64,000 bases of DNA from contig CAVSHR010000003.1 in the NCBI GenBank assembly GCA_963727625.1, positions 1-64,000 of the forward strand, in the 5' to 3' direction. The position numbers and the translations under genes were made by a program. Below, piece by piece: positions 1 through 10,259 of this stretch (positions are counted from its first letter, which is position 1; every line of letters begins with the position of its first letter). Origin of the DNA: an uncultured delta proteobacterium (lineage in GTDB: Bacteria > Desulfobacterota > Binatia > UBA9968). The notes beneath the pieces were generated by a model. That model worked only from the letters and a program-made list of their open reading frames with translations, had not been told where the DNA came from and did not search any database.

Positions 1-350
1 AACCCTGCCGTTCGATGAGGTGGCATCGACTACGCCGTCATGCTCGCAACAGCGAACGTGTAGGCCAGCAGGTCGCCCATTGCCAATCCCGACGACAACG
101 CCCACATGGAACCGTTCTTCACGGCCCTAAAATACAGCCCACCTGGCAAACTACGAGACGGTCAAGGATGTCGCCCCGGGCATTGCCCATTTCATCGATG
201 TGCGCGAGAAGAGAAAATTGTATTCGGCCCTGGGCCTGAGGTAGTTACCCCCCAAGGAATACGAGATGACAATTCATTCAACCAAAACCCCAGATCGCGG
301 CCCGCCTCAACCCTCGGTGAAAACTCTCCGGCCGGAAGGGCGCAGTCCCT
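1..350 (+). pseudogene. Degenerate IS3-family transposase 3' remnant
   Basis: Frameshifted pieces read 'NPDDNAHMEPFFTALKY' then 'HLANYETVKDVAPGIAHFIDVREKRKLYSALG', matching the IS3 integrase-core C-terminus (DNA..E.FF..LK / R.HSALG). Confidence 0.6.
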
Positions 351-379
351 ATCCCGGCGAACTTCGGCGCCTAACGAGC

Positions 380-2470
380 TTACAAAAATGGCGGCAAGAT
401 CCCGCCTCCAACAAAATTATGTAATATCTCAGGTACCGCCCCTTTCCACAGAGAAAGACCCAGCAGTACATCACAACCGTACCATTCGACCAGAAAAAGA
501 ACCGCTGTGTACACCAACACCTGCCACCATGGATAGCGTGCAAAGACAACCAGAAAACATGGAACAAATAGAAGGGTCGCCGCCAAGAAGCCCAAGAATA
601 GAATAAGAACAAATAGAAAACAGAACCAGGCCCCACCAATGAGAAAGCATCGAAACGCTGGAAGCTCTGGGCCTTCAAAAGAATAAACCGTAGCTTCTCG
701 TCTGTCGCGACTCACGGTGTCGGACGATACAGTGCTTCCAGGCCAAAAGCGCCGAAGAAATGTTGGCCTGAGTTCAGCCAGGAGACTGAGAACGAGCAGT
801 AGAGCCGTTGGTGACGCAATCAGCAAGGGAAGCTGCCTCGCCCTATAGGGCAGCGTGAGAGAGGCCCAAATCATTCCTAGAATAACCGCTAATAGAAATG
901 CGTAAAATAAAAGACGGCCAAACTTGCCCCCGCCTGCGGATTCCGCTTCTTCCGGTTCATCTGTTACGTAACTATCTCCAGACGCCGGTCTAGAGGCTTT
1001 GCGCAGACTTGAAACCAGCACGGTGACCACCAGCAGTAGGAAAAGCGAGAGGGCAATTGGGCGGTTAAAAAAGATTGCATAACTGCCGTAATCAATCATA
1101 AGGGACTGGTGAAAAGCACGTTCAAGGATCTCTGCTAGGACAAATCCAATTCCGAAACTCGCAAGAGGGAAGCCATACCTGCGAAGCCCCCAGGCAAATA
1201 CACCTGCCAGCAGCATGATCATGATGTCCCAAACATTGCCTCGTATGGCAAATGATCCCAATCCGGTTAGCACAGCAAGCGCCGGTCCTACATAGGGCAC
1301 GGGAACAACCGTGATCTTGCCTAACCAACGCGCGCTCACGAATATCATCGCGGTTGAAAGCACTTGGGAAAGTGCCAAACCCAAAATTAACGCCCAGACA
1401 ATCTCTGGTTGCTTGGTGAGAAGGAGCGGGCCAGGCTCTAGGCCATGCAGTATCAAGGCGCCGAGTAACACAGCCATTTGGACGCTGCCGGGCACGCCAA
1501 ATGCTATGGTCGGAAGCAGGTCTCCAACGACATCTGCATGAATCGTGGCATCACTGGCGATCAGACCTGCCGGCTCACCTTTACCGAATCTGCTCGGATC
1601 TTTCGAGGCTCGGACTTCCGCCATGTAGGCGGCAAAAGCTGCGGTGACACCGCCTACCCCCGGAATAATGCCGACGATCATGCCGATTGTTGAGCTCCGA
1701 ATTACGGTTTTTAGGTGCAGTGCGACATCTTTCGCGCCCTGCACCATTTGGTCCCACCCTCCCAGGAAGATTTTTTCCCCTCCTTTAGCGATCGTATCCC
1801 GCCGCGACATGTACTCGAACACTTGAGGAACTGCGAAGACACCAAGAAAGAACGGGACCAGAGGAAATCCGTCCCAAAGATATTCAACGCCCATGGTGAA
1901 GCGGGGAACGTCGAAGAGATCCGAGTACCCAACAAACGCCAACATAAAAGCGATTCCGGCAGCAGCAAATCCCTTGAGAACATTGTCCCGACTCGCGAGC
2001 GCAAGGCAAAAGAGACCAAACATGACGGTCCAGAATACTTCCGGGGGGCCGAAGGCGAGCACGATAGCACGAACCAAGGGAAGCAATAGGATAAGAATGA
2101 CCAACCCAAAGCATACGCCAACAATGCCTGCAATCGTTGACATGCTTATTGCACGTACCGCCTCACCTCGCAGGCTCATCGGGTAGCCGTCAAGGGTCGC
2201 AGTAACATTGGGAGCCGTGCCGGGTGTATTGATGAGAATTGCCGTGACAGCCCCCGCTCCGCCAACTGAGCCCATGATCCCGGCATAAAGATACATAGCG
2301 TGGATAGGGGGCAGCGTAAACGTGAACGGGAGGACAACAGTTAAACCTTGGACCCCGCCGAGGCCGGGAATAATCCCGAAAACAACTCCAATAATATTTC
2401 CCACGAGCATGTAACCGATAACATCGATTTTTGTTAGCGGTTCAACACCCGCAACAAGCCCTTCAAACAT
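380..2470 (-). CDS. tctA: Tripartite tricarboxylate transporter permease TctA with C-terminal TctB-like extension
   Basis: G-IPG-G, 'AILINTPGT...ATLDGYPM', 'FGPPE', 'GLEPGPLL' motifs; ~190 extra residues with about 4-5 TM helices after the TctA core. Confidence 0.88.
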   Translation of the reverse strand: MFEGLVAGVEPLTKIDVIGYMLVGNIIGVVFGIIPGLGGVQGLTVVLPFTFTLPPIHAMYLYAGIMGSVGGAGAVTAILINTPGTAPNVTATLDGYPMSLRGEAVRAISMSTIAGIVGVCFGLVILILLLPLVRAIVLAFGPPEVFWTVMFGLFCLALASRDNVLKGFAAAGIAFMLAFVGYSDLFDVPRFTMGVEYLWDGFPLVPFFLGVFAVPQVFEYMSRRDTIAKGGEKIFLGGWDQMVQGAKDVALHLKTVIRSSTIGMIVGIIPGVGGVTAAFAAYMAEVRASKDPSRFGKGEPAGLIASDATIHADVVGDLLPTIAFGVPGSVQMAVLLGALILHGLEPGPLLLTKQPEIVWALILGLALSQVLSTAMIFVSARWLGKITVVPVPYVGPALAVLTGLGSFAIRGNVWDIMIMLLAGVFAWGLRRYGFPLASFGIGFVLAEILERAFHQSLMIDYGSYAIFFNRPIALSLFLLLVVTVLVSSLRKASRPASGDSYVTDEPEEAESAGGGKFGRLLFYAFLLAVILGMIWASLTLPYRARQLPLLIASPTALLLVLSLLAELRPTFLRRFWPGSTVSSDTVSRDRREATVYSFEGPELPAFRCFLIGGAWFCFLFVLILFLGFLAATLLFVPCFLVVFARYPWWQVLVYTAVLFLVEWYGCDVLLGLSLWKGAVPEILHNFVGGGILPPFL

Positions 2471-2682
2471 TATGGCAGACCTCCAAAATTTGGACCATTA
2501 AGACAAAACCTTGTCACAGCAGAATGCCGTCAACGATGAATAACGCAACTCTGTTCAGCGATCAATCAACGGATGCAGCTGGCAATTGCGTTTGACGAAT
2601 TTGATCCGACAGTGATAGTTTTAGAAAATTAGGTCAGGACGGGTTAAGACTGTACATCGATTATCAGGGAAGGAAAATTACT

Positions 2683-3684
2683 ATGAAAACGCACGGACTC
2701 GCACGATCTATTCTTGTGTTTAGTTCTACGATATTGGTTCTGTCACTCGTTCTAACGGTCGGGTCACCGGCATTGTCCCAGGATAAATATCCGACCGGGC
2801 CGGTCGAACTCATCGTAACTTTTGCCGCGGGTGGTGCAGCGGATTCTGCCGGTAGATCTTTAGCACCTTATCTCTCCAAATATTTAGGCGTTCCCGTGGT
2901 TGTCAAAAATGTGCCGCCGCCACGGACCGGCGAAGATATTTTCAGCCGTAGTAAGCCGGATGGTTACACAATCGGGGTTCTCGCGGGGGTTGCCGCCGCC
3001 AGTGATGAAACGTTTTTTAAAGTCCGCTTCCATGGAAGGGAGTTTTCCTGGATCGCTACAAACGCCGCAAGCCCTGGTTTGATCTTTTCAAATGCAAAAG
3101 GGCCGATTCAACGATTTGATGACCTAAAAAAGGTTGGCGCGAAGCGCCCGATAAAGATCGGGGCGTTCAGCAAATACTCATCGACGACAATCGCTACAAT
3201 GATTGCCCTAAACGAAAAGAAGATCCCGTACACGTTTGTGACCGGATTCAAAGGGGCTGCGCCCGCGCTCACCTCGATGATCCGAGGCGAGGTCGATATC
3301 ATGGGTACGACTTTGACTTCGGGGTCGGCTTTCTACAAGAGCGGTGATGCCAAGCCCCTTTTAATTTTCCAATCCGAGCCCGACCCGAAGGTACCTGATG
3401 CTCCCACCTTAGGAAAGCTGGGGTTATCACCCTCCTCAGGCTATCTCGGATCGGTTGTCTTTGCTCTCGCGGCACCACCCGGCACAAGTAAAGAAATTCG
3501 CGACGTACTCGCTTCGGCTCATAAGAAAGCCATTGATGATCCCATGTACCGCGCTCAGCTCAAGAAAGTTGGCTTCTCGCTTTCCTATGTTCCACCGGAA
3601 AAAGCGCAGCAGTGGATCGATAACATATATCATACGTATGCAGAGATAAAGCCAATGGTCCAATCAGACGCTAAAGGAAAATAG
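2683..3684 (+). CDS. tctC: Tripartite tricarboxylate transporter substrate-binding protein (TctC/Bug)
   Basis: Signal peptide; 'YPTGPVELIVTFAAGGAAD', 'KPDGYT', 'GFKGAAPA...RGEVD'. Confidence 0.88.
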   Translation: MKTHGLARSILVFSSTILVLSLVLTVGSPALSQDKYPTGPVELIVTFAAGGAADSAGRSLAPYLSKYLGVPVVVKNVPPPRTGEDIFSRSKPDGYTIGVLAGVAAASDETFFKVRFHGREFSWIATNAASPGLIFSNAKGPIQRFDDLKKVGAKRPIKIGAFSKYSSTTIATMIALNEKKIPYTFVTGFKGAAPALTSMIRGEVDIMGTTLTSGSAFYKSGDAKPLLIFQSEPDPKVPDAPTLGKLGLSPSSGYLGSVVFALAAPPGTSKEIRDVLASAHKKAIDDPMYRAQLKKVGFSLSYVPPEKAQQWIDNIYHTYAEIKPMVQSDAKGK

Positions 3685-4293
3685 CTTGGGGTCCCATCGT
3701 GTGAATAAGGGGTCGCCCTGGTAGAGGGGTTGGAGAACGCTCCAGCGGGTGTGTGGCCTAAAAACAAGGATCAAAGTGGAACTTTGCGGTAATCGCTGCG
3801 ACTGATTTTGGACCGTGGCCATGGCCACGAAATGACGTCAATGTTCTTCAAGGAGGTCATGTCGGGCTTCGATTAAAAAGCGTGCCAGTTTGCCAGTCTT
3901 CCACTCTGTTTTTGTTAAGTCCAATAAGCAAGCGCCGGTGAATGACCTTTATCAACTTAAACCCGTAACAGGACAATTGCGCTTCAGATTATCGCCCGTC
4001 GCTAAACTCCAGTACGAATAACCCATCTGCATTCTTCGTGCGGAAAATAGAGCCGACTTGGAGCTTCTGTCCACCGGCGTTATTAGAGAATTACCGCAAA
4101 CAACGTTATAGCCGAATCGGCAGACGGAAGTCATTCGGAAGCGCGACAAATTACCGCTATGCACGTTGGCGGTTCCAAGTCGCAAAGACTGGCGCGCGCC
4201 GGCCAATCGTTTAAGAATCGTAGCAATGAACCGCGCAGAGACTCACCGAATCATATGGATCGTCGTAGTTCTCAGGGATAGGAATTCGCCAAT

Positions 4294-6702
4294 ATGGAAA
4301 CGGTTTCAACATTCCCTGTCACTTTACTAGAAGGCTACACCGCGGTCGATCTCAGTGACCTTAAAGGTCAGCTCTGCGGTCGATTACTCGCTGACCTTGG
4401 CATGGAGATGATTAAGATTGAACCTCCCGAGGGAGACCCTGTGAGGCGCCTCAAACCCCTATGGAAAGACCGCGAGAATAAGGAGCTGAGCTTGCTCTTC
4501 GCTCACCTGAACGCCGGCAAGAAGAGTGTCGTGCTTGACTACCATAGAAAAGAAAATCGCCATCGCCTCGTTCCTCTCATCGAGCGCGCCGATGTTCTAA
4601 TTGAAAGTTTTGTGCCGGGATTTCTGGATTCCCTCAATTTAGGATACCGGGAACTCTCTAAGATTAATCCCGCCTTGGTGATGGTTTCCATCACAGGTTT
4701 TGGCCAGACCGGACCAAGGAGCCGTTTTGCATGTGCGGACATCGTAGCCTACGCGATGAGCGGACTTATGAGTATCGCAGGATCTCCCGCTTTACCACCC
4801 TGCAAGCCTCCTGAGACGCAGGCCTACTACTTTGGAAGCCTTATGGCTGCTCTTGGAGTCGTCGCGGCGCTTCACAAGCGCGAAAGGACACGGCAAGGAG
4901 ACTGGGTCGATATTTCCATACAGGAGTCCCTCGCAACTCAAGAACACCTTATTCGCCTCTGCGCCAATGAAGGTAACGTTATTAAGCGACAAGGCAGCCA
5001 GCATGCCCAAATAGCACCGGCAAAAATATTCCCTTGCCTGGATGGCTATGTATATCTCTATGTCAGCCGGCGGCACTGGAAAAAACTGCTCGAGGTTTGG
5101 CCGGATCACCCTAAAGAGCTGGACGAACCCTCGCTTGTCGCCGATCCCGTTCGCTGTGCCAAAGCAAGTTTCGTCAACGAGCAAGTTGAACGCTTCACTC
5201 GGTGTTATGGCAAGGAGGAACTTACCGCATTCCTCCAGTCCCACGGTATTCCGTGTGTGCCCGTGAACAAACCGAAGGAATTTTTATTGGACGAACATGT
5301 ACAAAGTCGAAGTCTATTAAGCTCGGTTGCTCACCCGGATTTCGGCGAGGTCCCGGTGCTAGGTCCGCCTTTTTTGCTAAACGGTATAAGGCCCTATACC
5401 TCACCTCCCCCGGCCTTGGGCCAACACCAAGAAGAACTCGATATAGCCGTTGGAATCAGGCGGACGAATTCGCCCCAACTGACTCCGATCGAACGTGGCG
5501 CTCCGCTGAGTGGTCTTCGAATCCTAAGCTTTGATCAGGTTCTCGCTGGCCCCTACGGAATGACGCTACTTGCCGAGATGGGCGCCGAGGTTATTAAAGT
5601 CGAATCCCGCCGCGGCGGACTCGATCTATTTCGTTTCTTCGGAACAAGTCAGGATCCAGACCTCTCGCCGCGCTTCTTCGAATTTAATCGAAACAAACAG
5701 TCGGTGACATTGAACCTGAAAAGTACGGAAGGTCCTGATATCATCAAGAGTTTGGCGCGACATTGTGACGCTGTCATGGACAATTTTAGTGTCCGGGTAA
5801 TGCCATCATTAGGACTGGATCACACGAGCCTCGCTCGCGTGAAGCCGGAGATCGTTACTTTGCGCATGCCAGGTCTTGGTTGCACGGGTCCGAAAAGTTC
5901 ATACGTCACCTTGGGCACGAACATCTCCGCGCTGACGGGTCTTACCTACCTATGGAACTATCCAAACGTTGTTGATCCACCGGTGGGTTCCCAAACCGTG
6001 TGGCCGGACTATGTTTCAGGCGTGTTTGCTGCAGTTCTTGTCGTCGCAGCTACGCTTTATCAAAAGCGAAGCGCTAAAGGGACATTTGTCGATCTTTCAC
6101 AAGCGGAAGCGGCCGCATATATGATCGGTGCGAGTTTGTTACAGTCACACCTTTCAGACGAGGAACTTCGTCCGATGGGAAACGGTTCTTTCAACGCGGC
6201 ACCCCAGGGTTGCTATCCCTGTCGAGGAGAGGACCGCTGGTGCGTTATCTCGATCGAGAACGACTTACAATGGCCGATCCTCATCACCATCATCGGACGA
6301 GAAGATCTTTGTCATGATGAACGCTTCACAACCCTGCGGAGGCGGCTGGAGCATCAAAGCGAGATCGATGACTTAGTCGCGGCCTGGACCCGAGAGCGGG
6401 ACTGCTACGAGATAATGACCTTGTTGCAGCAAAGCGGTATTCCTTGCGGTGTCGTTCAGAATGGAGCCGATTTGCTTCGGGACGAGCATCTTCGAGCGAG
6501 AAGCTTCATTATTGATCGAGTGAGTCCCAATCTGGGGAATATAACCCTTCCGCGCTTTCCCATCCGTTTTACCAATTCCAGTGTCGAACCAAACTGGAAG
6601 TTTCCCGCTCTTGGCCGAGACAACGCGGCGGTCTTCGGAAACATTGTAGGCATGACCGCCAATCAAATCGACGAGCTAGAGGATAAGGACATACTAAAGT
6701 AA
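4294..6702 (+). CDS. Family III (CaiB/BaiF) CoA-transferase, two fused domains
   Basis: Two repeats of 'LA(D/E)(L/M)G.E.IK(I/V)E', 'N..K.SV.L', 'G.G.TGP'. Confidence 0.9.
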   Translation: METVSTFPVTLLEGYTAVDLSDLKGQLCGRLLADLGMEMIKIEPPEGDPVRRLKPLWKDRENKELSLLFAHLNAGKKSVVLDYHRKENRHRLVPLIERADVLIESFVPGFLDSLNLGYRELSKINPALVMVSITGFGQTGPRSRFACADIVAYAMSGLMSIAGSPALPPCKPPETQAYYFGSLMAALGVVAALHKRERTRQGDWVDISIQESLATQEHLIRLCANEGNVIKRQGSQHAQIAPAKIFPCLDGYVYLYVSRRHWKKLLEVWPDHPKELDEPSLVADPVRCAKASFVNEQVERFTRCYGKEELTAFLQSHGIPCVPVNKPKEFLLDEHVQSRSLLSSVAHPDFGEVPVLGPPFLLNGIRPYTSPPPALGQHQEELDIAVGIRRTNSPQLTPIERGAPLSGLRILSFDQVLAGPYGMTLLAEMGAEVIKVESRRGGLDLFRFFGTSQDPDLSPRFFEFNRNKQSVTLNLKSTEGPDIIKSLARHCDAVMDNFSVRVMPSLGLDHTSLARVKPEIVTLRMPGLGCTGPKSSYVTLGTNISALTGLTYLWNYPNVVDPPVGSQTVWPDYVSGVFAAVLVVAATLYQKRSAKGTFVDLSQAEAAAYMIGASLLQSHLSDEELRPMGNGSFNAAPQGCYPCRGEDRWCVISIENDLQWPILITIIGREDLCHDERFTTLRRRLEHQSEIDDLVAAWTRERDCYEIMTLLQQSGIPCGVVQNGADLLRDEHLRARSFIIDRVSPNLGNITLPRFPIRFTNSSVEPNWKFPALGRDNAAVFGNIVGMTANQIDELEDKDILK

Positions 6703-6706
6703 CGCC

Positions 6707-7522
6707 CTACACATCGGGCCGCCGATACCCTCCCTGGGTTCCCCCTTTCTGTGATTCGAGGTAATCTTCCACGTGAGCGAGTGGGTCCACCATGAGCTGT
6801 TGCCAAGCGCCCACAAGTTGATCCATCTTCATGGCTTCCGGAAGACCAAGGTCCCTTCCCATTTGAACCGCAATTTTAGCGGAGGCAAGCGCCGCTGGGT
6901 GACGCATGGCAATTTCCTCTGCGAGATTGAACGTAACCTCATCGAGCCGGGATTCTTCAACCGCAGTTGACACCAGCCCCAGGCGATCGGCTTCTGCGCC
7001 AGAGATATTTCTCCCGGTTAGCTGGATCAAGGCTGCTTTCTTCGTCGAAATCCCTGTGTGATACAAGGTACTGGTAGCCATTTGGCCAAAGCTTCCCCGA
7101 AGTATCTCTGGCATTCCAATTTGAGAGCTTATCGCTGCGATCACGAGATCATGGGAATTCATTAGGGCTAACCCACCCCCCAAGCAGTAACCATGCACCT
7201 GGGCGATGGTAACTCGAGGAAAGTTTCTGATCGCATCGAAAAGCGTCCTCGGTGGACTGGAGCGATCCCAATCAGCAGGTGGCTGCTGATGGAGACCGCG
7301 CAGATAATGGAGATCCAAACCGGAACAGAACGAAGGTCCGTTACCTTTGATAATGACAACACGGGTCTCCTGGTCTTTTCGGATTTCCTCAAGAGCAGCC
7401 ATAATGTCATCGATAATCTGTTGGTTGATCGCGTTGCGCTTCTCCGGCCGGTTCAAGTTGATTCTGGATATTTTCTTTTCACTGAATGTTTCCAGAATTA
7501 CCGTCGCAAAATCTCTGCTCAT
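6707..7522 (-). CDS. Enoyl-CoA hydratase/crotonase family, hydroxycinnamoyl-CoA hydratase-lyase-like
   Basis: 'LNRPEKRNA', 'FCSGLDL', 'VHGYCLGGG', 'IGMPEI'. Confidence 0.85.
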   Translation of the reverse strand: MSRDFATVILETFSEKKISRINLNRPEKRNAINQQIIDDIMAALEEIRKDQETRVVIIKGNGPSFCSGLDLHYLRGLHQQPPADWDRSSPPRTLFDAIRNFPRVTIAQVHGYCLGGGLALMNSHDLVIAAISSQIGMPEILRGSFGQMATSTLYHTGISTKKAALIQLTGRNISGAEADRLGLVSTAVEESRLDEVTFNLAEEIAMRHPAALASAKIAVQMGRDLGLPEAMKMDQLVGAWQQLMVDPLAHVEDYLESQKGGTQGGYRRPDV

Positions 7523-7797
7523 TGCATATCCTCCTTGGTTTTGGAACCTTTTCAGTCAAACATGGTCTTTTACTAAGCATTTATAATAAAACCATTTGCA
7601 ATTGTCACCATCGCTTCAATCGACCGTACGCCCGCACTGAACGTTTTTGTCTTCGGAGTCAGCATGCGCTCTCCCCTCCAGGAAGCCCCACAGTCAAGAA
7701 AGCTTAATCGCCAGGCTTTCCAAAAAGGCGTACAGGCCGATAAAGAGCTGCTCACAACCATGTCGATATCACCGATCTCTAAAGATCAAATCAAACT

Positions 7798-8050
7798 CAG
7801 TAGCGTCCCAACGTTAGATGAATAAATTCAATTGGTTTCGGGAATCGATCGTGTCGGTAAGGGTTTGCCATCGGTAAGCAGTTGAATCAATGAAATGTTT
7901 TCAAACAAGGTGAGGCTTAGAATCTGTGGGAGTTCGTAGAAAGTCGCCGATAAGTTGAGTCGTTTTTTGACGATGGCCACAAGCACGTAGGCGGCTATGG
8001 CGATCCAAATTTGAGATTTGACGGCATTTTCGCTGGCACCGAAAAATGCG
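7798..8050 (-). pseudogene. IS4-family (DUF4372-type) transposase C-terminal remnant with right end
   Basis: Minus strand reads 'AFFGASENAVKSQIWIAIAAYVLVAIVKKRLNL...QILSLTLFE...NQLNLFI*' followed by IR-like 'TTGGGACGCTACTG'. Confidence 0.8.
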
Positions 8051-8344
8051 TCACTGACACTCAGCTGCCACGGTGCGAAGAGTTCGGTGTGGATAACTGT
8101 CGAGGGCTTCTCTTTAATTACCGCCCCGCGATTAAGGACGGCTGTTTGGTCCGAGAGTCGGAATCGATTCTCTTGGCTTGAATGTTGACTCGATGTTCAC
8201 TTCGCTTGACGGGCCCGGCAGAGCTGATTTATCTTTTGTTTTTGGTCCGCAGCGGGTCGCATCGATCGGATTCCCTAATAAATTGACTTGGCTGGTTTGT
8301 CGAACGACCCTATAATCACCGACGAGACAAGCACGGAGTGACCC

Positions 8345-9135
8345 ATCGCCAAGCGCGACGAGAATCTATTGGACCTGTTGAGCCAATGCCCCTGGTGGGT
8401 CAGCGTGCTCGTTTCTGGCTTCGTGTATGCAGCGCTTCGAATCATCCTTCCAGCCGTCCAATTTGACAATTGGCTACTCCGAGGCTTTGCCCAAGCGGGG
8501 CCGACGATCGCCCTTCCCTTGAGCGTCGTCTTGCACTTTCCGGCTGGGATTTCTTTTTTTGATTCTGCCCGTAAACGGAAACTGTTGAACAAACAGACCG
8601 ATCTGGATTCCATCAGGTCATTATCCTGGAAGGAATTTGAAGAGCTGGTCGGCGAGGCTTACCGCTGTAAAGGCTATTCAGTGGTTGAAAATCACGGGGT
8701 GGTGCCGACGGCGGCATCGACCTGAGGCTGAGTAAAGCCGGCAATCTATTTTTGGTCCAGTGCAAACATTGGAAAACCCAAAAAGTGGATGTCCGCGTGG
8801 TCCGGGAGATGTACGGGGTGATGACCGCGGAGCGAGCGTCCGGGGCGATCATCATCACGTCGGGACTATTCACTCAGGACGCGAGAATTTTTGCCCAAGA
8901 TAAGCCGATCGACTTGGTCGAAGGGTATCAACTCGCCGAACTGATCAGGAGCGCGCAGACACCGTCTCCTCCCGCGCAAAACTTTGCAGAGTCCAAGCCC
9001 TCGAAAATGACTTGTCAGAAATGCGGCTCACACCTCGTGGTCCGCATCGCGCGGAGGGGAAAAACGCCAGGCAGGAAATTTTGGGGCTGCTCCAACTTTC
9101 CCAAATGCACGTTCACTCAAGAATACGCCGCGTGA
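8345..9135 (+). pseudogene. Membrane-anchored Mrr-type restriction endonuclease with topoisomerase Zn-ribbon, frameshifted
   Basis: 'LSWKEFEELVGEAY' in frame 1; 'GADGGIDL...LVQCKHW...G.IITSG.FT.DA' and 'CQKCG..L..R....G..FWGCSNFPKC' in frame 2; shift at G4 8696-8699; ATC sits at the expected start. Confidence 0.8.
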
Positions 9136-9191
9136 CACTTCGTTTCGCTATGGCCGGGCATGCCGACAACTTGGAACAGCAAGATGAAAGG

Positions 9192-9545
9192 TTACGGAAA
9201 GACTTCTATTTTATCGAGCGTAATTGAGATCAATCTCGCTCCGGATACAAGAGCTCGCTCGATGTCATCCCATTCATAAGCCAGTACCTCGAAGAGCTGA
9301 GTATTACTACAGTTGCCAACGGCAACGTGAACGACTTGTGGTGGAGCGCCAAAGAGCAGCGCGCGATCGTAGAAATCAACGTCTTTACTGAAGATGACGA
9401 GATTTTCTGAGTTGCCGCGTTGCCAAACCTGCGTATCAGTCGCCGTTAACAGGTCGCAGTCAAAAAGGTGTTCGGCTTCGTGACGATGCGATCTCAACCA
9501 AACACACAGGCTAGGCGGAAGATTCGCGTCGACAAGAAACTTCAC
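9192..9545 (-). CDS. DUF5615 family PIN-like toxin (VapC45-type)
   Basis: 'MKFLVDANLP', 'D..VW', 'IFSKDVDF', 'GN'; overlaps the upstream DUF433 gene. Confidence 0.85.
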   Translation of the reverse strand: MKFLVDANLPPSLCVWLRSHRHEAEHLFDCDLLTATDTQVWQRGNSENLVIFSKDVDFYDRALLFGAPPQVVHVAVGNCSNTQLFEVLAYEWDDIERALVSGARLISITLDKIEVFP

Positions 9546-9766
9546 TTGCTCAGCAGGATCTCGCGATGGGCTACGTGACGGGCCGCATACTCAAGGGATG
9601 CGTCGATGTCGGCCTTTTCAAGGTAGGGGAAATCTTGCAGGACTTGTTCTGCCGTCATGCCGCCGGCAAGCATTTCAAGCACATGGCTCACCGTAATTCG
9701 CATGCCGCGAATCGTCGGTTCACCGCCGCAAACGTCCGCTTTGATCGTGATCCGATCGATATGCAT
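9542..9766 (-). CDS. DUF433 antitoxin
   Basis: 'RITI...VCGGEPTIRGMRITV..VLEMLAGG....VLQDFPYLE..DI'. Confidence 0.9.
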   Translation of the reverse strand: MHIDRITIKADVCGGEPTIRGMRITVSHVLEMLAGGMTAEQVLQDFPYLEKADIDASLEYAARHVAHREILLSK

Positions 9767-10180
9767 GTACCTATTGTATAAAACCCTCAGAAGAACGCAA
9801 TCTGATTTCTCAGCCAGGCATGGACGTCGCTATGTAGTCGAGCACCCATAGACCGAAGCGTTTCGTCGCCTCGAAAACTCAATGCAATTAGCGGCGCCAA
9901 TCGCGCATTCCGCGGAAGGTCCCGTCTCTTGAATTTGCCGACGACGGGAGCGACTTGAACTGAGCGCAGCGGTTGCACAATTTGACCGGTTGAGTTCTTG
10001 ATTTCGGACTGTTGCCTGTTGCCTAATGCCCGTTGCCTACTTCGGTTGGTGCTCGGCATCGTCGCTTCTTAGAGGTGGCCTTTCGACATCAAAAAGCCGC
10101 CTCTAAGCCTTTAAAAGATGCCTTGTATGCTACCTTCCGTTGGGAAATCAACCATTTCTCTTGGTCCGATTGCCGTACTA

Positions 10181-10223
10181 AACTAAAAAGGGCGGCCGTG
10201 ATGAGCGGCCGCCCTTTTTAGTT
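10181..10223. terminator. Intrinsic terminator (bidirectional hairpin)
   Basis: AACTAAAAAGGGCGGCCG-tgatgag-CGGCCGCCCTTTTTAGTT downstream of the surface-protein gene. Confidence 0.85.
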
Positions 10224-10259
10224 GTTTTCGGCAGCGAGGCTTTTAATAAGACACAGTCT

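Noticed and set aside
3874-3892. TGGCACG on the minus strand as a sigma54 promoter
   Set aside because: No GC at the -12 position and no gene suitably placed.
10010-10037. Four heptamer units (TGTTGCC-like)
   Set aside because: Short degenerate microsatellite; no spacers or cas genes, so not CRISPR.
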